Part shown: in pieces, positions 1 through 8,066 of the stretch
Layout of the letters: each line of letters opens with the position of its first letter
Numbering within the stretch: the stretch's first letter is position 1
DNA from: an uncultured Deinococcales bacterium
Lineage (GTDB): Bacteria > Deinococcota > Deinococci > Deinococcales > JAAFIG01
DNA: 11,835 bases
NCBI GenBank assembly: GCA_964244895.1
Contig: CAXTKV010000168.1
Location: 1 to 11,835 of the forward strand
Reading direction: 5' to 3'
Position numbers and translations under genes: made by a program
Notes under the pieces: model-generated
Databases searched by the model: none
The model's input: only the letters and a program-made list of their open reading frames with translations
Told to the model about the DNA's origin: nothing

Positions 1-196
1 GTTTGCGCATGCTCTCGTAGCCGTTGCGGTTCGGCATGACCACGTCCATCAGGATCAGGTCGGGTTTCTCGGCCACGGCTTTTTCCTCGAGCCCATCGCC
101 GTTGAGGCACAGCATCACGCGATGTTTGGTCGAGAGCATCGATTCGATCAAGCGCAGGTCTGCCACGGAATCGTCCACTGCAATAATTTTGGCCAT
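1..196 (-). CDS. CheY-like receiver-domain response regulator, PilH-like (partial, runs off window start)
   Basis: Not in ORF track. Manual translation from ATG at 196: MAKIIAVDDSVADLRLIESMLSTKHRVMLCLNGDGLEEKAVAEKPDLILMDVVMPNRNGYESMRK; receiver motifs VDDS and KPDLILMDVVMP; SD GAGGAG upstream (204-209, - strand). Confidence 0.88.
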   Translation of the reverse strand, partial: MAKIIAVDDSVADLRLIESMLSTKHRVMLCLNGDGLEEKAVAEKPDLILMDVVMPNRNGYESMRK

Positions 197-344
197 CGCG
201 TCTCTCCTCGCCCGTGCTGACCTGCCCTCGATTGCTCGAGTTCTGGGCTGTCAGCGGGCCGTGGATTGAGGTATAGATCAAAGGGAATGAAAGATTTCTT
301 ACTTTGCTTTCCAGAAGCATGGCTGATTCCCGATCAAATGAAGC

Positions 345-393
345 GAACACCGTCCAGGACGCAAAACAAACCATGCCGTCTACGACGGTGTTC
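345..393. repeat. Family-1 paired palindrome, locus A
   Basis: GAACACCGTCCAGGACG...CCGTCTACGACGGTGTTC; cores CGT-N5-ACG at 351 and 377; outer GAACACCGTC/GACGGTGTTC inverted; just after MFS stop. Confidence 0.85.
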
Positions 394-396
394 TTT

Positions 397-1662
397 TTAG
401 AGATCGCGCCTGAGGCGGCTGGCCAGCCCCCACGAAAGCCCGTAAAGCACCACGCCCAGCGCGAACACGGGCCGATACCCGACCCAGTCCGCCAGTTGTC
501 CGCCCACGACGGACACGAACATCACCGCGCCGACCAGCGTGTTGGCCGTGCCGATGTACCGGCCTCTGGCTTCCGGTTTAGCGACCCCGAGCATGAAATT
601 CGCGTTGCCCAGGTTCAACCCCGCCGCGCCCAGGCTCGAGAGCACGAACACCAGCGCGAACCACAAGCCCGCCCCTTTGGGCATCAAGAGCGCGGTCAAG
701 GGCGCGAGCGCGGCGCAGGCCACCGCGTAGCGAATCAATCGTCTCGAGCCGAAACGTTCCGCGAGCCGCGACCAGACGGCGTTGGAAAGCGGTGCCACCA
801 CCCCGATCACGATCGCGAACGCACCCACGGCGGCCTTGCCGACCCCGATCTCGCGCAGCGCAAACACCGTGAAAAAAGGATCGGAGAGCGTGGCGATGGC
901 GACCGCCGTGCGGTAAATCAAAAACGCGCGGTAATCCGGGTCGTCGCGGATGGTATCCGGCACAGAGCGCACCTCCTGGCGGAAATGCGCGGGTTCCTGA
1001 GGCGGGTCCGGCGGTTCGACGGTGAAGCCGAACAACCACCAGCAGATCGAATGGGCCGTCATGCCCAGCACGAAAATCAGCGTGTAATCGAACGGAAACC
1101 GCCAGTCCGCGCCCAGGATGGCGCGCACCGCGAAGCTTCCGACCAGCGCCAGCAGACCGCCGTAGAGGTTGCGAATTCCAAAAAATCCGGGTCGTTGGCG
1201 GGCCGGAATGACCTTGGCCGTGACTTCCATCCACGGCAGGCCAGAGATGCCCGACGCGAGCGCGTTGGCCGTCAGACCGATCAAAAAGGCGATCAGCAGC
1301 AAGGATGGTTGGCTCGAGAGCAGAACCGTGCTGGTGACAATCCACACGTAAGACGCCGTGCGAATCGTGCTGGCGCGCTGGTACACGACGATCTTGCGCG
1401 GCAAGTGCCGGATGCGGCTGGCGACCAGCAACTGCGGGATCATCCAGCCGCCCGTCTGGATCGCGGGCAGAAGCCCAATCACCGTGTTCGATGCGCCCAG
1501 CACGGCGGCGAAGCTGGACAAGACCACGCTGGCATTCATGAAGCCATCGCCCAATGACGCGAACCAGCCGTTCAGCACGCCGAAAGCGTAATTTCTCTCC
1601 CAGCCAAAACGGTTTTCGAGCCACCCAATCAGTGGCTCGAGCCGGGCAGGAAAGCGGGTCAC
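397..1662 (-). CDS. MFS transporter (~421 aa)
   Basis: Many hydrophobic helices, MFS loop motifs (WSRLAERFGSRRLI, GGQLADWVGYRPVF, IPARQRPGFFG). Start set at GTG 1662 because TATGAT lies 7 nt upstream; ATG 1674 is an alternative; the ORF-track extension to 1905 crosses a repeat and is non-MFS-like. Confidence 0.9.
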   Translation of the reverse strand: MTRFPARLEPLIGWLENRFGWERNYAFGVLNGWFASLGDGFMNASVVLSSFAAVLGASNTVIGLLPAIQTGGWMIPQLLVASRIRHLPRKIVVYQRASTIRTASYVWIVTSTVLLSSQPSLLLIAFLIGLTANALASGISGLPWMEVTAKVIPARQRPGFFGIRNLYGGLLALVGSFAVRAILGADWRFPFDYTLIFVLGMTAHSICWWLFGFTVEPPDPPQEPAHFRQEVRSVPDTIRDDPDYRAFLIYRTAVAIATLSDPFFTVFALREIGVGKAAVGAFAIVIGVVAPLSNAVWSRLAERFGSRRLIRYAVACAALAPLTALLMPKGAGLWFALVFVLSSLGAAGLNLGNANFMLGVAKPEARGRYIGTANTLVGAVMFVSVVGGQLADWVGYRPVFALGVVLYGLSWGLASRLRRDL

Positions 1663-1669
1663 ATGGGCA

Positions 1670-1675
1670 ATCATA
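1670..1675 (-). promoter_or_regulatory. -10 box (TATGAT), leaderless-type promoter of MFS gene
   Basis: TATGAT-TGCCCAT-GTG on - strand, no SD. Confidence 0.6.
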
Positions 1676-1761
1676 CGTCTGGAGCGAATGTTGCTTCTTC
1701 GGGCGGGTTGCTCTTTCGGTGGCTCGGGCTCGAGCGCCAGATTCGCGGGTGTGGCGTAAAA

Positions 1762-1815
1762 AGACCGTGCTGGACGCGGTTCTGCACTGTTTGAGTTTCG
1801 CGTCCAGGATGGTCT
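1762..1815. repeat. Family-1 paired palindrome, locus B
   Basis: AGACCGTGCTGGACGCG...CGCGTCCAGGATGGTCT (17-bp IR, 2 mismatches); cores at 1766 and 1801 (second is CGT-N5-ATG); between divergent genes. Confidence 0.8.
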
Positions 1816-1900
1816 ACCTCGAGGAGGCGTTCCCGGCGTGAACTGACCAATCTGGATCGCGTATGCCATCTGCTTTACCCGGTTTAAAGCCCAACTCGGG

Positions 1901-1906
1901 TACACT
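1901..1906 (+). promoter_or_regulatory. -10 box (TACACT), leaderless-type promoter of VanW-family gene
   Basis: TACACT-CAGATCC-ATG(1914), no SD. Confidence 0.65.
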
Positions 1907-1913
1907 CAGATCC

Positions 1914-3317
1914 ATGAAGTGGATGACATACCTCGCTGCACCGTGCCTCGTCGTGCTGATCAGCATGGCGGGTGCGCAGACCGACCCCGTCCAGCCTCCC
2001 GCCCCGAGCGTTCCCACAGAACCCGCACCGCAACCCACGCCGCCCGCAGATCCGGTCGTGCCTTACCTGCCCAGCCCGCCCGCCCCGACCTTGCCGCCAC
2101 CCGCACCACCCGCCCCCAAACCCGCCGTCAAACCCACCCCCAAACCCGCCGTCAAGCCCGTCAGCAAACCGCTCGAGCTGCGCGCCGACCTGACGGAAAC
2201 ATCCATCCAGGACGGTCAGTTGGTCACCAAGACCTTCTCGCGCGGCTTCAAACTGACCAAAGCGGGCGTGGACGCCAGCCGCAAGTTCAACAAGCTCTCT
2301 TCGAACCTCGAGCCCGAACTGAACCGGATCTTCAACGCTTTAGCGCAGACATCGGACAACGCCCTCTGGAACTACGAAAATGGCGTCTGGGTCGCCCGCC
2401 AGCGCACGGGACGCCGGGTCAACCAGACCGCCACGCGCGACAACATCCTTCAGGCCATCAAGTTCAACAAGAGCCTGGCCATCATTCAGGTGGACGCCGT
2501 GCTACCCGCCCGCAACCTGCAGGACTGGTACGCCAAGGGCATCCGCTATTACTTCGGCGGCGGAACCAGCACCTTTTACGGCAGCCCGCCGTTTCGCGTG
2601 GCGAACATCATCAACGGCGCATCCAAACTGCACCTGACCTACATTCAGCCCGGCGAAAGCTTCGACTTCAACCGTCGCGTCGGGGACATCACCGCCCAGA
2701 CGGGTTTTGTGGACGGCTACATTATCAGGGACGGCCTGCTGGAAAAAGATGTCGGTGGCGGTATCTGCCAGGTCTCCACGACGATGTTCCGCGCGGCCTA
2801 CGAATCCGGCCTGCCGATCCAGCAGCGCAACTTCCACAGCTACCGCGTGCATTACTACGACCCGGTCGGTTACGAGGCGACCGTTTTTGCGCCTTACAAG
2901 AACCTCAAGTACCAGAACGACACGGGCGCACCGTTGTTTATTCAGGCCAGTTGGAATATTCGCCGTTCGACCCTGTCGTTCTTCTTTTTCGGTGCGAAAC
3001 CGGATCGGACATCGAGCGTCTCCAGACCGGTCGTCTGGAAGGTCGTGCAACCGCCTGCGACGCGCTGGGTGGCGGATTCTGCCATCGCGCCGGGGCGTTT
3101 GAAGGTGCTGTCCGGGCCGGAGCGCGGCATGAACGTCCGGATTGACCGCGTGGTGCGCATGAACACCGGCGAGATCAGGCGCGATTCGACCAGCTCGTAT
3201 TACGTTCCGTGGGGCGCGATTTACGCCATCAACCCGAGCGACCCGCGCGTGACCGTGCGGCCCGCATACAGCCTGACGGGTGGCACCGCGCAACGCACCA
3301 GCACCGCCCGCCGCTAA
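1914..3317 (+). CDS. VanW-family exported protein (~467 aa), signal peptide and Pro-rich N-terminal linker
   Basis: MKWMTYLAAPCLVVLISMAGA signal; VanW motifs RVANI, IQPGESFDFN, GGGICQVSTTMFRAA, RNFHSY, LKYQNDTG. Confidence 0.9.
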   Translation: MKWMTYLAAPCLVVLISMAGAQTDPVQPPAPSVPTEPAPQPTPPADPVVPYLPSPPAPTLPPPAPPAPKPAVKPTPKPAVKPVSKPLELRADLTETSIQDGQLVTKTFSRGFKLTKAGVDASRKFNKLSSNLEPELNRIFNALAQTSDNALWNYENGVWVARQRTGRRVNQTATRDNILQAIKFNKSLAIIQVDAVLPARNLQDWYAKGIRYYFGGGTSTFYGSPPFRVANIINGASKLHLTYIQPGESFDFNRRVGDITAQTGFVDGYIIRDGLLEKDVGGGICQVSTTMFRAAYESGLPIQQRNFHSYRVHYYDPVGYEATVFAPYKNLKYQNDTGAPLFIQASWNIRRSTLSFFFFGAKPDRTSSVSRPVVWKVVQPPATRWVADSAIAPGRLKVLSGPERGMNVRIDRVVRMNTGEIRRDSTSSYYVPWGAIYAINPSDPRVTVRPAYSLTGGTAQRTSTARR

Positions 3318-3333
3318 CACCTGTTTCTATGAG

Positions 3334-3390
3334 GAACACCGTCCAGGACGGTGTTCTTTTCTTTTCAAAAAGGCCGTGCCAGACGGTTTT
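3334..3390. repeat. Family-1 paired palindrome, locus C (first unit may double as terminator)
   Basis: Perfect GAACACCGTCC-A-GGACGGTGTTC (3334-3356) followed by T-rich run, then CCGTGCCAGACGG; cores at 3340 and 3375. Confidence 0.85.
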
Positions 3391-3447
3391 CTCGAGCAAC
3401 CGATACGCACTTCGAGCGCGCGAGACATCCCGCGCGCCGCGCGCAGG

Positions 3448-3453
3448 TATCAT
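3448..3453 (+). promoter_or_regulatory. -10 box (TATCAT), leaderless-type promoter
   Basis: TATCAT-CAATCC-GTG(3460), no SD. Confidence 0.6.
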
Positions 3454-3459
3454 CAATCC

Positions 3460-4314
3460 GTGACGCCGACGACGGGGCCAGAAATAGAGCGGTGGCTCGA
3501 GACGATCTACGGCGCCGTGACGCGCGTGGGCGGCGGAGCGCACTCCAGGGTCTTCCGCCTGATGGCCGAAGGCGACGGTTTTGGGGCGGGCGAACGGATC
3601 GTCAAGGTTTACCGCCGCGCGGACGGCATGAACCAGCTCGAGGCGGGCAACATGCGCCGCGCCGGATTGAGCGAGTGGGTCGTCGGGACGCAAAAACCCT
3701 GGGCGGGCGACCCCGAAGTGCTGATGCTGCGCTACTTTCCGGGCACGCCGATATCGGCGGCGCAGATTCCTTACGGCCTGGGGCAACTGAGCGCTTTCTT
3801 GCGCGGACTGCACCGGCAGGGTGCCGGACGCGCCGTCGATCTGCGCGGCGTGCGCGAAAAAATCGTGTCGTTTCGTGAAAGCCTCCAACATCGTCCCGGC
3901 CTGAAACCGCTTTTTGATGCCGTCGAACGCGCCCTTCAATCGGGTTTGCTCGAGACCGAAGCGCGATTGTGCCACCTCGATTTGTGGCGCGCCAACGTCC
4001 TTTACGGTGGCCAATCGCCCGACCTGGGCCGCGTGCTGGTCGTGGACTGGGGCCGCTCCAACTGGGACGATCCCGCCCGCGATTACGCGATTTTAATGAC
4101 CGGAACCTTCGATCAACTGCCCGCCGATCAGGCGGTGCGAACCGCCTTCGATCTGGTCGAACCCGAAGGCATCGCGCCGCGCTTCCCGGCTTACGTCGCG
4201 TTGCAGACCCTGAACGACCTGCACTGGTTCTTGAACCGCGAATCGCAGGGTTTTCAGGATGCGCTGGACGAGAAGCTGCCGCGCGCATTGATGGTGCTCG
4301 AGCGGAAAGTCTGA
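3460..4314 (+). CDS. Aminoglycoside phosphotransferase/choline kinase-like (APH family) protein (~284 aa)
   Basis: GGGAHSRVF loop, IVKVY lysine, Brenner-type CHLDLWRANVL, VVDWG, DPARDYA. Start moved to in-frame GTG 3460; upstream ORF part is repeat/promoter DNA. Confidence 0.85.
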   Translation: MTPTTGPEIERWLETIYGAVTRVGGGAHSRVFRLMAEGDGFGAGERIVKVYRRADGMNQLEAGNMRRAGLSEWVVGTQKPWAGDPEVLMLRYFPGTPISAAQIPYGLGQLSAFLRGLHRQGAGRAVDLRGVREKIVSFRESLQHRPGLKPLFDAVERALQSGLLETEARLCHLDLWRANVLYGGQSPDLGRVLVVDWGRSNWDDPARDYAILMTGTFDQLPADQAVRTAFDLVEPEGIAPRFPAYVALQTLNDLHWFLNRESQGFQDALDEKLPRALMVLERKV

Positions 4315-4328
4315 CGGATCAGCTCAAA

Positions 4329-4372
4329 AACACCGTCCAGCACGCAAATTGGCAACAGCGTGCTGGACGGTG
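4329..4372. repeat. Family-1 paired palindrome, locus D
   Basis: Perfect 15-bp IR CACCGTCCAGCACGC (4331-4345) / GCGTGCTGGACGGTG (4358-4372); cores at 4334 and 4359. Confidence 0.88.
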
Positions 4373-4390
4373 CTCTCGCGGTAAGAACCT

Positions 4391-4639
4391 ATGGGATCAA
4401 ATCCGTTTTGATTTGATCTGTATGTTGATCAAATCAAAACCGCGCCGTGGCGCGTAGGATGCGAATGAAATCGTCTGGAACTGAAGCGGCGAAGCCGCGC
4501 AAGTGAAAGACGATTTCATATGATGGGATCGGACCCGCTCGAGAACTCCCGTTGCGCGCCCTGGAAGGGCGACTCAGCAACGGCGAAAGATCCTTGACTT
4601 CGTTCAGGATGACAAACGAGGGAATCCCTCGAACAGTTC
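4391..4639. other. Multi-hairpin intergenic element (candidate structured RNA or mosaic of small mobile palindromes)
   Basis: IRs at 4405-4418/4427-4440, 4441-4454, 4465-4476/4508-4519 (enclosing GCGGC-GAA-GCCGC), 4549-4583 nested, 4591-4609, 4617-4631. Confidence 0.6.
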
Positions 4640-4664
4640 ACAGATGCCCTCGAGCCGCAGAGCG

Positions 4665-5840
4665 CTATTTCAAAAACTGTTGCAAGATCGGCATCTGCCG
4701 CGCGTCCTGACCATTTTTCGGCTCCAGGCTCGGCGCGTCGCCCCACCACGGGCCCGCCGCCCAGTACGTCCAGCCGCGCCAGACATCCGCGTTCGATTCC
4801 ACGTATTTGATCATGTCCTCCAGAGCCGCGTCGCACTGCGCGTTCTTGCCGCTCGAGACTTCGCCCAGGAAACCTTTGCGCTTGTTGTCCCGCAACCAGC
4901 CCGTGAACGCTTTTAACCGTTCAGATCCGATGGTCGCGCTGACGCACGCGTCTTGCGTGCCCGACCCGTCCGAATCCATGTATTGATGCACCTCGAAGAC
5001 GATGTTATTTCCGGGGTCGGTGATGCCCAGCATGGCCGCAGCGTTGGACGCACCGTCCTGATCGGGTGAAAACCACGTCCACGCGCCCGTCCAACGGTTG
5101 CCGGGCACGAAGATCGTGTTGCTCGCGCCCGCCGCGCGGATCGCGGCGATGGCGGCGTTGGCGGCGCTGACCCATTGCGCGGTGGGGATGTTGTGCGGTT
5201 CGTTGACCAGCCCAAAGACCACGTTCTTGTTGCCCTTGTACTGCACGGCCAGCCTGCGCCAGAAGTCCGCGAAGCCCGCGTTCGGCACGGCGGATGAGCC
5301 GATCAGTTGGCCGTTGTAGCGCGCGTAATTGTGCGGATCCAGGATCACGATCTTTCCTTTGGCAGTGGTGGCCCTGACGAAACCATCCAGGCGCGCGAGT
5401 TCATCGGCGTCGAAGTCGGCGTTCAGCGCGCGTTGCAGGCGCTCCCAGCGGAACGGCAGGCGGTAGATGCTCATGTTTTTGGCGCTGAAGTAATCCACTT
5501 CCGTCTGGTTCGGGTAGGTGTACTGCTTGCCGAACGTGCCCGGCAGGACGCTCTCGCCGAAATCCGCGCCCGCCAGGTTGACGCCTCGCGAGTACGCCAG
5601 GCTCGAGGGTGGGTTGGGTGGCGGTGGGTTGGGTGGTGCGGGCGGTGGTGTGGGGTTCGGTGGCGTCGGTGTTGGCGGGCTGGGTGTTGGTGGGGTGGGT
5701 GGCGTCGGGCTCGAGGGTGGCGCGGGTGGAGGAGAGGCGACGGGCGGCGCGACCGGGTTGGATCCGGACTGAGCGTTGCAGGCTACGAACGCGACCAGCG
5801 CCAGCAATCCGGCCATGAAGCTCACGTGGAGTCTGCTCAT
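4665..5840 (-). CDS. Glycoside hydrolase family 5 endoglucanase (GH5_5-like), predicted lipoprotein with Pro/Thr linker
   Basis: Lipobox-like LVAFVA-C21; Pro-rich linker; GVNLAGADFG, RLPFRWERLQ, LDPHNYARY, NEP (acid/base Glu), EVHQY, FLGE (nucleophile), WAAGPWW. Confidence 0.93.
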   Translation of the reverse strand: MSRLHVSFMAGLLALVAFVACNAQSGSNPVAPPVASPPPAPPSSPTPPTPPTPSPPTPTPPNPTPPPAPPNPPPPNPPSSLAYSRGVNLAGADFGESVLPGTFGKQYTYPNQTEVDYFSAKNMSIYRLPFRWERLQRALNADFDADELARLDGFVRATTAKGKIVILDPHNYARYNGQLIGSSAVPNAGFADFWRRLAVQYKGNKNVVFGLVNEPHNIPTAQWVSAANAAIAAIRAAGASNTIFVPGNRWTGAWTWFSPDQDGASNAAAMLGITDPGNNIVFEVHQYMDSDGSGTQDACVSATIGSERLKAFTGWLRDNKRKGFLGEVSSGKNAQCDAALEDMIKYVESNADVWRGWTYWAAGPWWGDAPSLEPKNGQDARQMPILQQFLK

Positions 5841-5846
5841 GGCTCG

Positions 5847-5852
5847 AGCCTA
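5847..5852 (-). promoter_or_regulatory. -10 box (TAGGCT), leaderless-type promoter of GH5 gene
   Basis: TAGGCT-CGAGCC-ATG on - strand. Confidence 0.6.
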
Positions 5853-5907
5853 AGCGCGTTCCACCCGAAGCGACCGTGAAGAAATCCGAATCGGTGCGTT
5901 CAAAACC

Positions 5908-5957
5908 TATCGTGCCAGACGGTATTCGCGAGGACAACACCGTGCAGGACGGTGTTT
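5908..5957. repeat. Family-1 paired palindrome, locus E
   Basis: TATCGTGCCAGACGGTA and AACACCGTGCAGGACGGTGTT; cores at 5911 and 5941; between divergent genes. Confidence 0.82.
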
Positions 5958-6003
5958 CTCGAGCATCGCCCGAAGCTTTGAGCATCGCGGGAACCCGGAA
6001 TGG

Positions 6004-6009
6004 TAGTTT
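6004..6009 (+). promoter_or_regulatory. -10 box (TGG-TAGTTT), leaderless-type promoter of upp
   Basis: TGnTAGTTT-CGAGCC-ATG(6016), no SD. Confidence 0.6.
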
Positions 6010-6015
6010 CGAGCC

Positions 6016-6642
6016 ATGAGCCTGACCGTGATCGACCACCCGTTGGTGCAGCACAAACTCGCCCTACTGCGCGACCGGGATACCGGATCGAAAGATTTCC
6101 GCGAACTCGTCACGGAAATCACGATGCTGATGGCCTTCGAAGCCATGCGCGACCTGGAACTCGAGGAAATCACCGTCCAGACGCCCGTGTCCGAGGCCAG
6201 GGTCAAGGTGCTGGCGGGAAAGAAGCTCGCGCTGGTGGCGATTTTGCGCGCTGGCCTGATCATGGTGGATGGCATTCTGCGATTGGTTCCCGCCGCCAAG
6301 GTCGGTCACATCGGCACGTACCGCGACCCGGAATCGAAAAACCCCGTGCGCTACTACGCCAAACTGCCCGCCGACATTCAGGATCGGCGCGTTTTCATCC
6401 TCGATCCGATGCTGGCCACGGGCGGCAGCGCGATTGACGCCATCGAGGAACTCAAGAAGGCCGGAGCCTCGAGCATCAAGCTTTTGAACATCATCGCCGC
6501 ACCGGAAGGCGTGGCTCGCGTGGAAAAAGCCCACCCGGACGTTGAAGTGATCGTGGCCGCGCTCGATTCGCATTTAAACGATCACGCGTACATCGTGCCT
6601 GGATTGGGTGACGCCGGAGACCGCATCTACGGCACAAAGTAA
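6016..6642 (+). CDS. upp: Uracil phosphoribosyltransferase
   Basis: [18 protein letters not shown]-binding [11 protein letters not shown]-terminal [17 protein letters not shown]; 208 aa. Confidence 0.98.
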   Translation: MSLTVIDHPLVQHKLALLRDRDTGSKDFRELVTEITMLMAFEAMRDLELEEITVQTPVSEARVKVLAGKKLALVAILRAGLIMVDGILRLVPAAKVGHIGTYRDPESKNPVRYYAKLPADIQDRRVFILDPMLATGGSAIDAIEELKKAGASSIKLLNIIAAPEGVARVEKAHPDVEVIVAALDSHLNDHAYIVPGLGDAGDRIYGTK

Positions 6643-6645
6643 GCC

Positions 6646-7176
6646 GTGCGCTACGCCGCCTTTTTGCGCGCCATCAACCTGGGCAAGCACAACCAGGTGC
6701 GGATGCAGGACTTGAGGCTCGCGCTCGAAGCGGCTGGCCTGGGGTGCGTCAGCACGCACCTTCAAACGGGCAACGTGCTGTTCGATGCCGACGGCTCGAG
6801 AGACGAGATCGCTTTGAGCATCGAAGCCGTGATGCGCTCGCTCGGTTGCGTCAACGTCAGCGCGATGGTCAGGACGGGCGCCGAAATGCAGCACCTGGTG
6901 GCGATTCAACCGTTTTCGCCTGCGCCCATACCCGACGACGTGCGCCACTGCATCACCTTCCTGCGCGAGCCGTCCGCCTTGACGCTGCCCGAGCGCAATA
7001 CCAAAGCCGATCTGGAGGTGCTGCACGCCACGATCCTGGACGTGTTCACGCGGCTGCATCCGGTCGTGAATGGTGCGTCACCGAACGCCTTCGTGGAATC
7101 GAAATTGAAAGTTCCAGCCACCACGCGCTTCTGGAACGTGGCGCAGACGGTCGCTGGCTTACTGCGGGAAGAATAA
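6646..7176 (+). CDS. DUF1697 domain protein
   Basis: YAAFLRAINLG...VRMQDLR...THLQTGNVLF and C-terminal TTRFWN pattern; GTG 3 nt after upp stop (operonic). Confidence 0.88.
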   Translation: MRYAAFLRAINLGKHNQVRMQDLRLALEAAGLGCVSTHLQTGNVLFDADGSRDEIALSIEAVMRSLGCVNVSAMVRTGAEMQHLVAIQPFSPAPIPDDVRHCITFLREPSALTLPERNTKADLEVLHATILDVFTRLHPVVNGASPNAFVESKLKVPATTRFWNVAQTVAGLLREE

Positions 7177-7226
7177 AGAACACCGTCCAGCACGCAAATC
7201 ACAAATCGCGTCCAGAACGGTGTTCT
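7177..7226. repeat. Family-1 paired palindrome, locus F
   Basis: AGAACACCGTCCAGCACGC...GCGTCCAGAACGGTGTTCT; cores at 7184 and 7209; between convergent genes. Confidence 0.87.
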
Positions 7227-7241
7227 CGAGAAAACCTGACT

Positions 7242-7784
7242 TCAGGCCGCGGCGCTTCCCTTCGAGCTGGCGCTTTTGAGCTTGGCGATCACTTTCGGGT
7301 TCGATGCCAGATCGATGGCGCGCGTGACGGTTCCCGGAACGAGGGCGTTCGCGTCGGCTCCGGCGTCCAGGAGCGCCTTGACGACGCTCAAATGACCATA
7401 AAAGCTGGCGTGGTGCAACGCCGTCCAACCGTGCGCATCGCGCTGGTGGACGGTGGCGGCGTGAAACCCGGCCCATTCGCGCACGCGCCGTTCGTTGCCC
7501 AGCGCGGCGGCTTCCAGGATGTTCAATTTCATGCCTAAAAACGCCAGCACGTTGGCGACCGCGCGCCGTCTGTGCCGCAAGGCCAGCAAAATGGGTGACG
7601 CGCCCAGGTCGGTTTCCAGCAACCACTGGTGCTGAAGCGCGAGGTGGTGGACGCCGGGCAGATCGCCCGTTTTGATGGCGTTCAGGAAGCTGGCGGCGAT
7701 ATCCGATGGTCGCGGGGTTGGTGTGCGCGCCGCGCCGACGATGTTCGGGTTTCCGGGCAGGTCGTAGGAGATCGCGTTACGCAT
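7242..7784 (-). CDS. Ankyrin repeat protein
   Basis: [32 protein letters not shown] canonical repeat plus degenerate repeats ([20 protein letters not shown]); TAAGAT 8 nt upstream of ATG. Confidence 0.88.
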   Translation of the reverse strand: MRNAISYDLPGNPNIVGAARTPTPRPSDIAASFLNAIKTGDLPGVHHLALQHQWLLETDLGASPILLALRHRRRAVANVLAFLGMKLNILEAAALGNERRVREWAGFHAATVHQRDAHGWTALHHASFYGHLSVVKALLDAGADANALVPGTVTRAIDLASNPKVIAKLKSASSKGSAAA

Positions 7785-7872
7785 ATGACAGAATCTTAAA
7801 GTGTGTTTTCTCGGATTGCAAGGGGTCAGGCTCGGGTATCAGGAGAGCGAGAAAGTGGCTCGAGACGAAGAG

Positions 7873-7932
7873 CGACCCTGCCGTCATCAGCCAAAAGCGG
7901 GCTGATGACACGTCCCGCACGCCGGGGAGGAC
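7873..7932 (+). repeat. Family-2 REP-like element, copy 1
   Basis: CGACCCTG-CCGTCATCAGCCAAAAGCGGGCTGATGACAC-GTCCC...GGGGAGGAC; internal hairpin GTCATCAGCC/GGCTGATGAC; 7881-7911 is the exact reverse complement of 11460-11490. Confidence 0.85.
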
Positions 7933-8008
7933 TTGAGGGCGGCTTTCTCGGGCGCGGCACATCGCGCCCACGCACGAATCCACCTCTCGAGCCAGCATTT
8001 TGACCAAG

Positions 8009-8065
8009 AAGACCGTCCAGCACGGTGTTTCTCGAGGTCGCAAAAACGCCGTCCGGCACGGTGCG
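8009..8065. repeat. Family-1 paired palindrome, locus G
   Basis: AAGACCGTCCAGCACGGTGTT and CGCCGTCCGGCACGGTGCG; cores at 8014 and 8050; just after response regulator stop. Confidence 0.85.
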
Positions 8066-8066
8066 C

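Noticed and set aside
304..1557. 417-aa + strand ORF and other long overlapping ORFs (578-1624, 1919-3145, 9059-10264, 10188-11429)
   Set aside because: Arg/Ala/Gly-rich shadow frames of well-supported genes in high-GC DNA; no recognisable motifs.
1675..1905. 77-aa N-terminal extension of the MFS ORF
   Set aside because: Hydrophilic, crosses repeat locus B and the divergent promoter; a better start exists at 1662/1674.
3280..3459. N-terminal extension of the APH ORF
   Set aside because: Overlaps the VanW stop, repeat locus C and a -10 box; GTG 3460 is preferred.
1914..4314. VanW + APH as an antibiotic resistance cluster
   Set aside because: Both families are widespread with mostly non-resistance roles; no vanHAX or mobile context; separate promoters.
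4549..4583. SRP RNA-like GGAA-loop hairpin
   Set aside because: Lacks the conserved CAGG...GGAA...AGCAG domain IV arrangement.
5605..5750. G-rich tract as G-quadruplex or repeat element
   Set aside because: Fully explained by Pro codons of the GH5 linker on the - strand; the same applies to the C-rich VanW linker.
6171..6185. CACCGTCCAGACG inside upp as a family-1 unit
   Set aside because: Spacer is N4 not N5, unpaired, and encodes normal Upp residues (ITVQTP).
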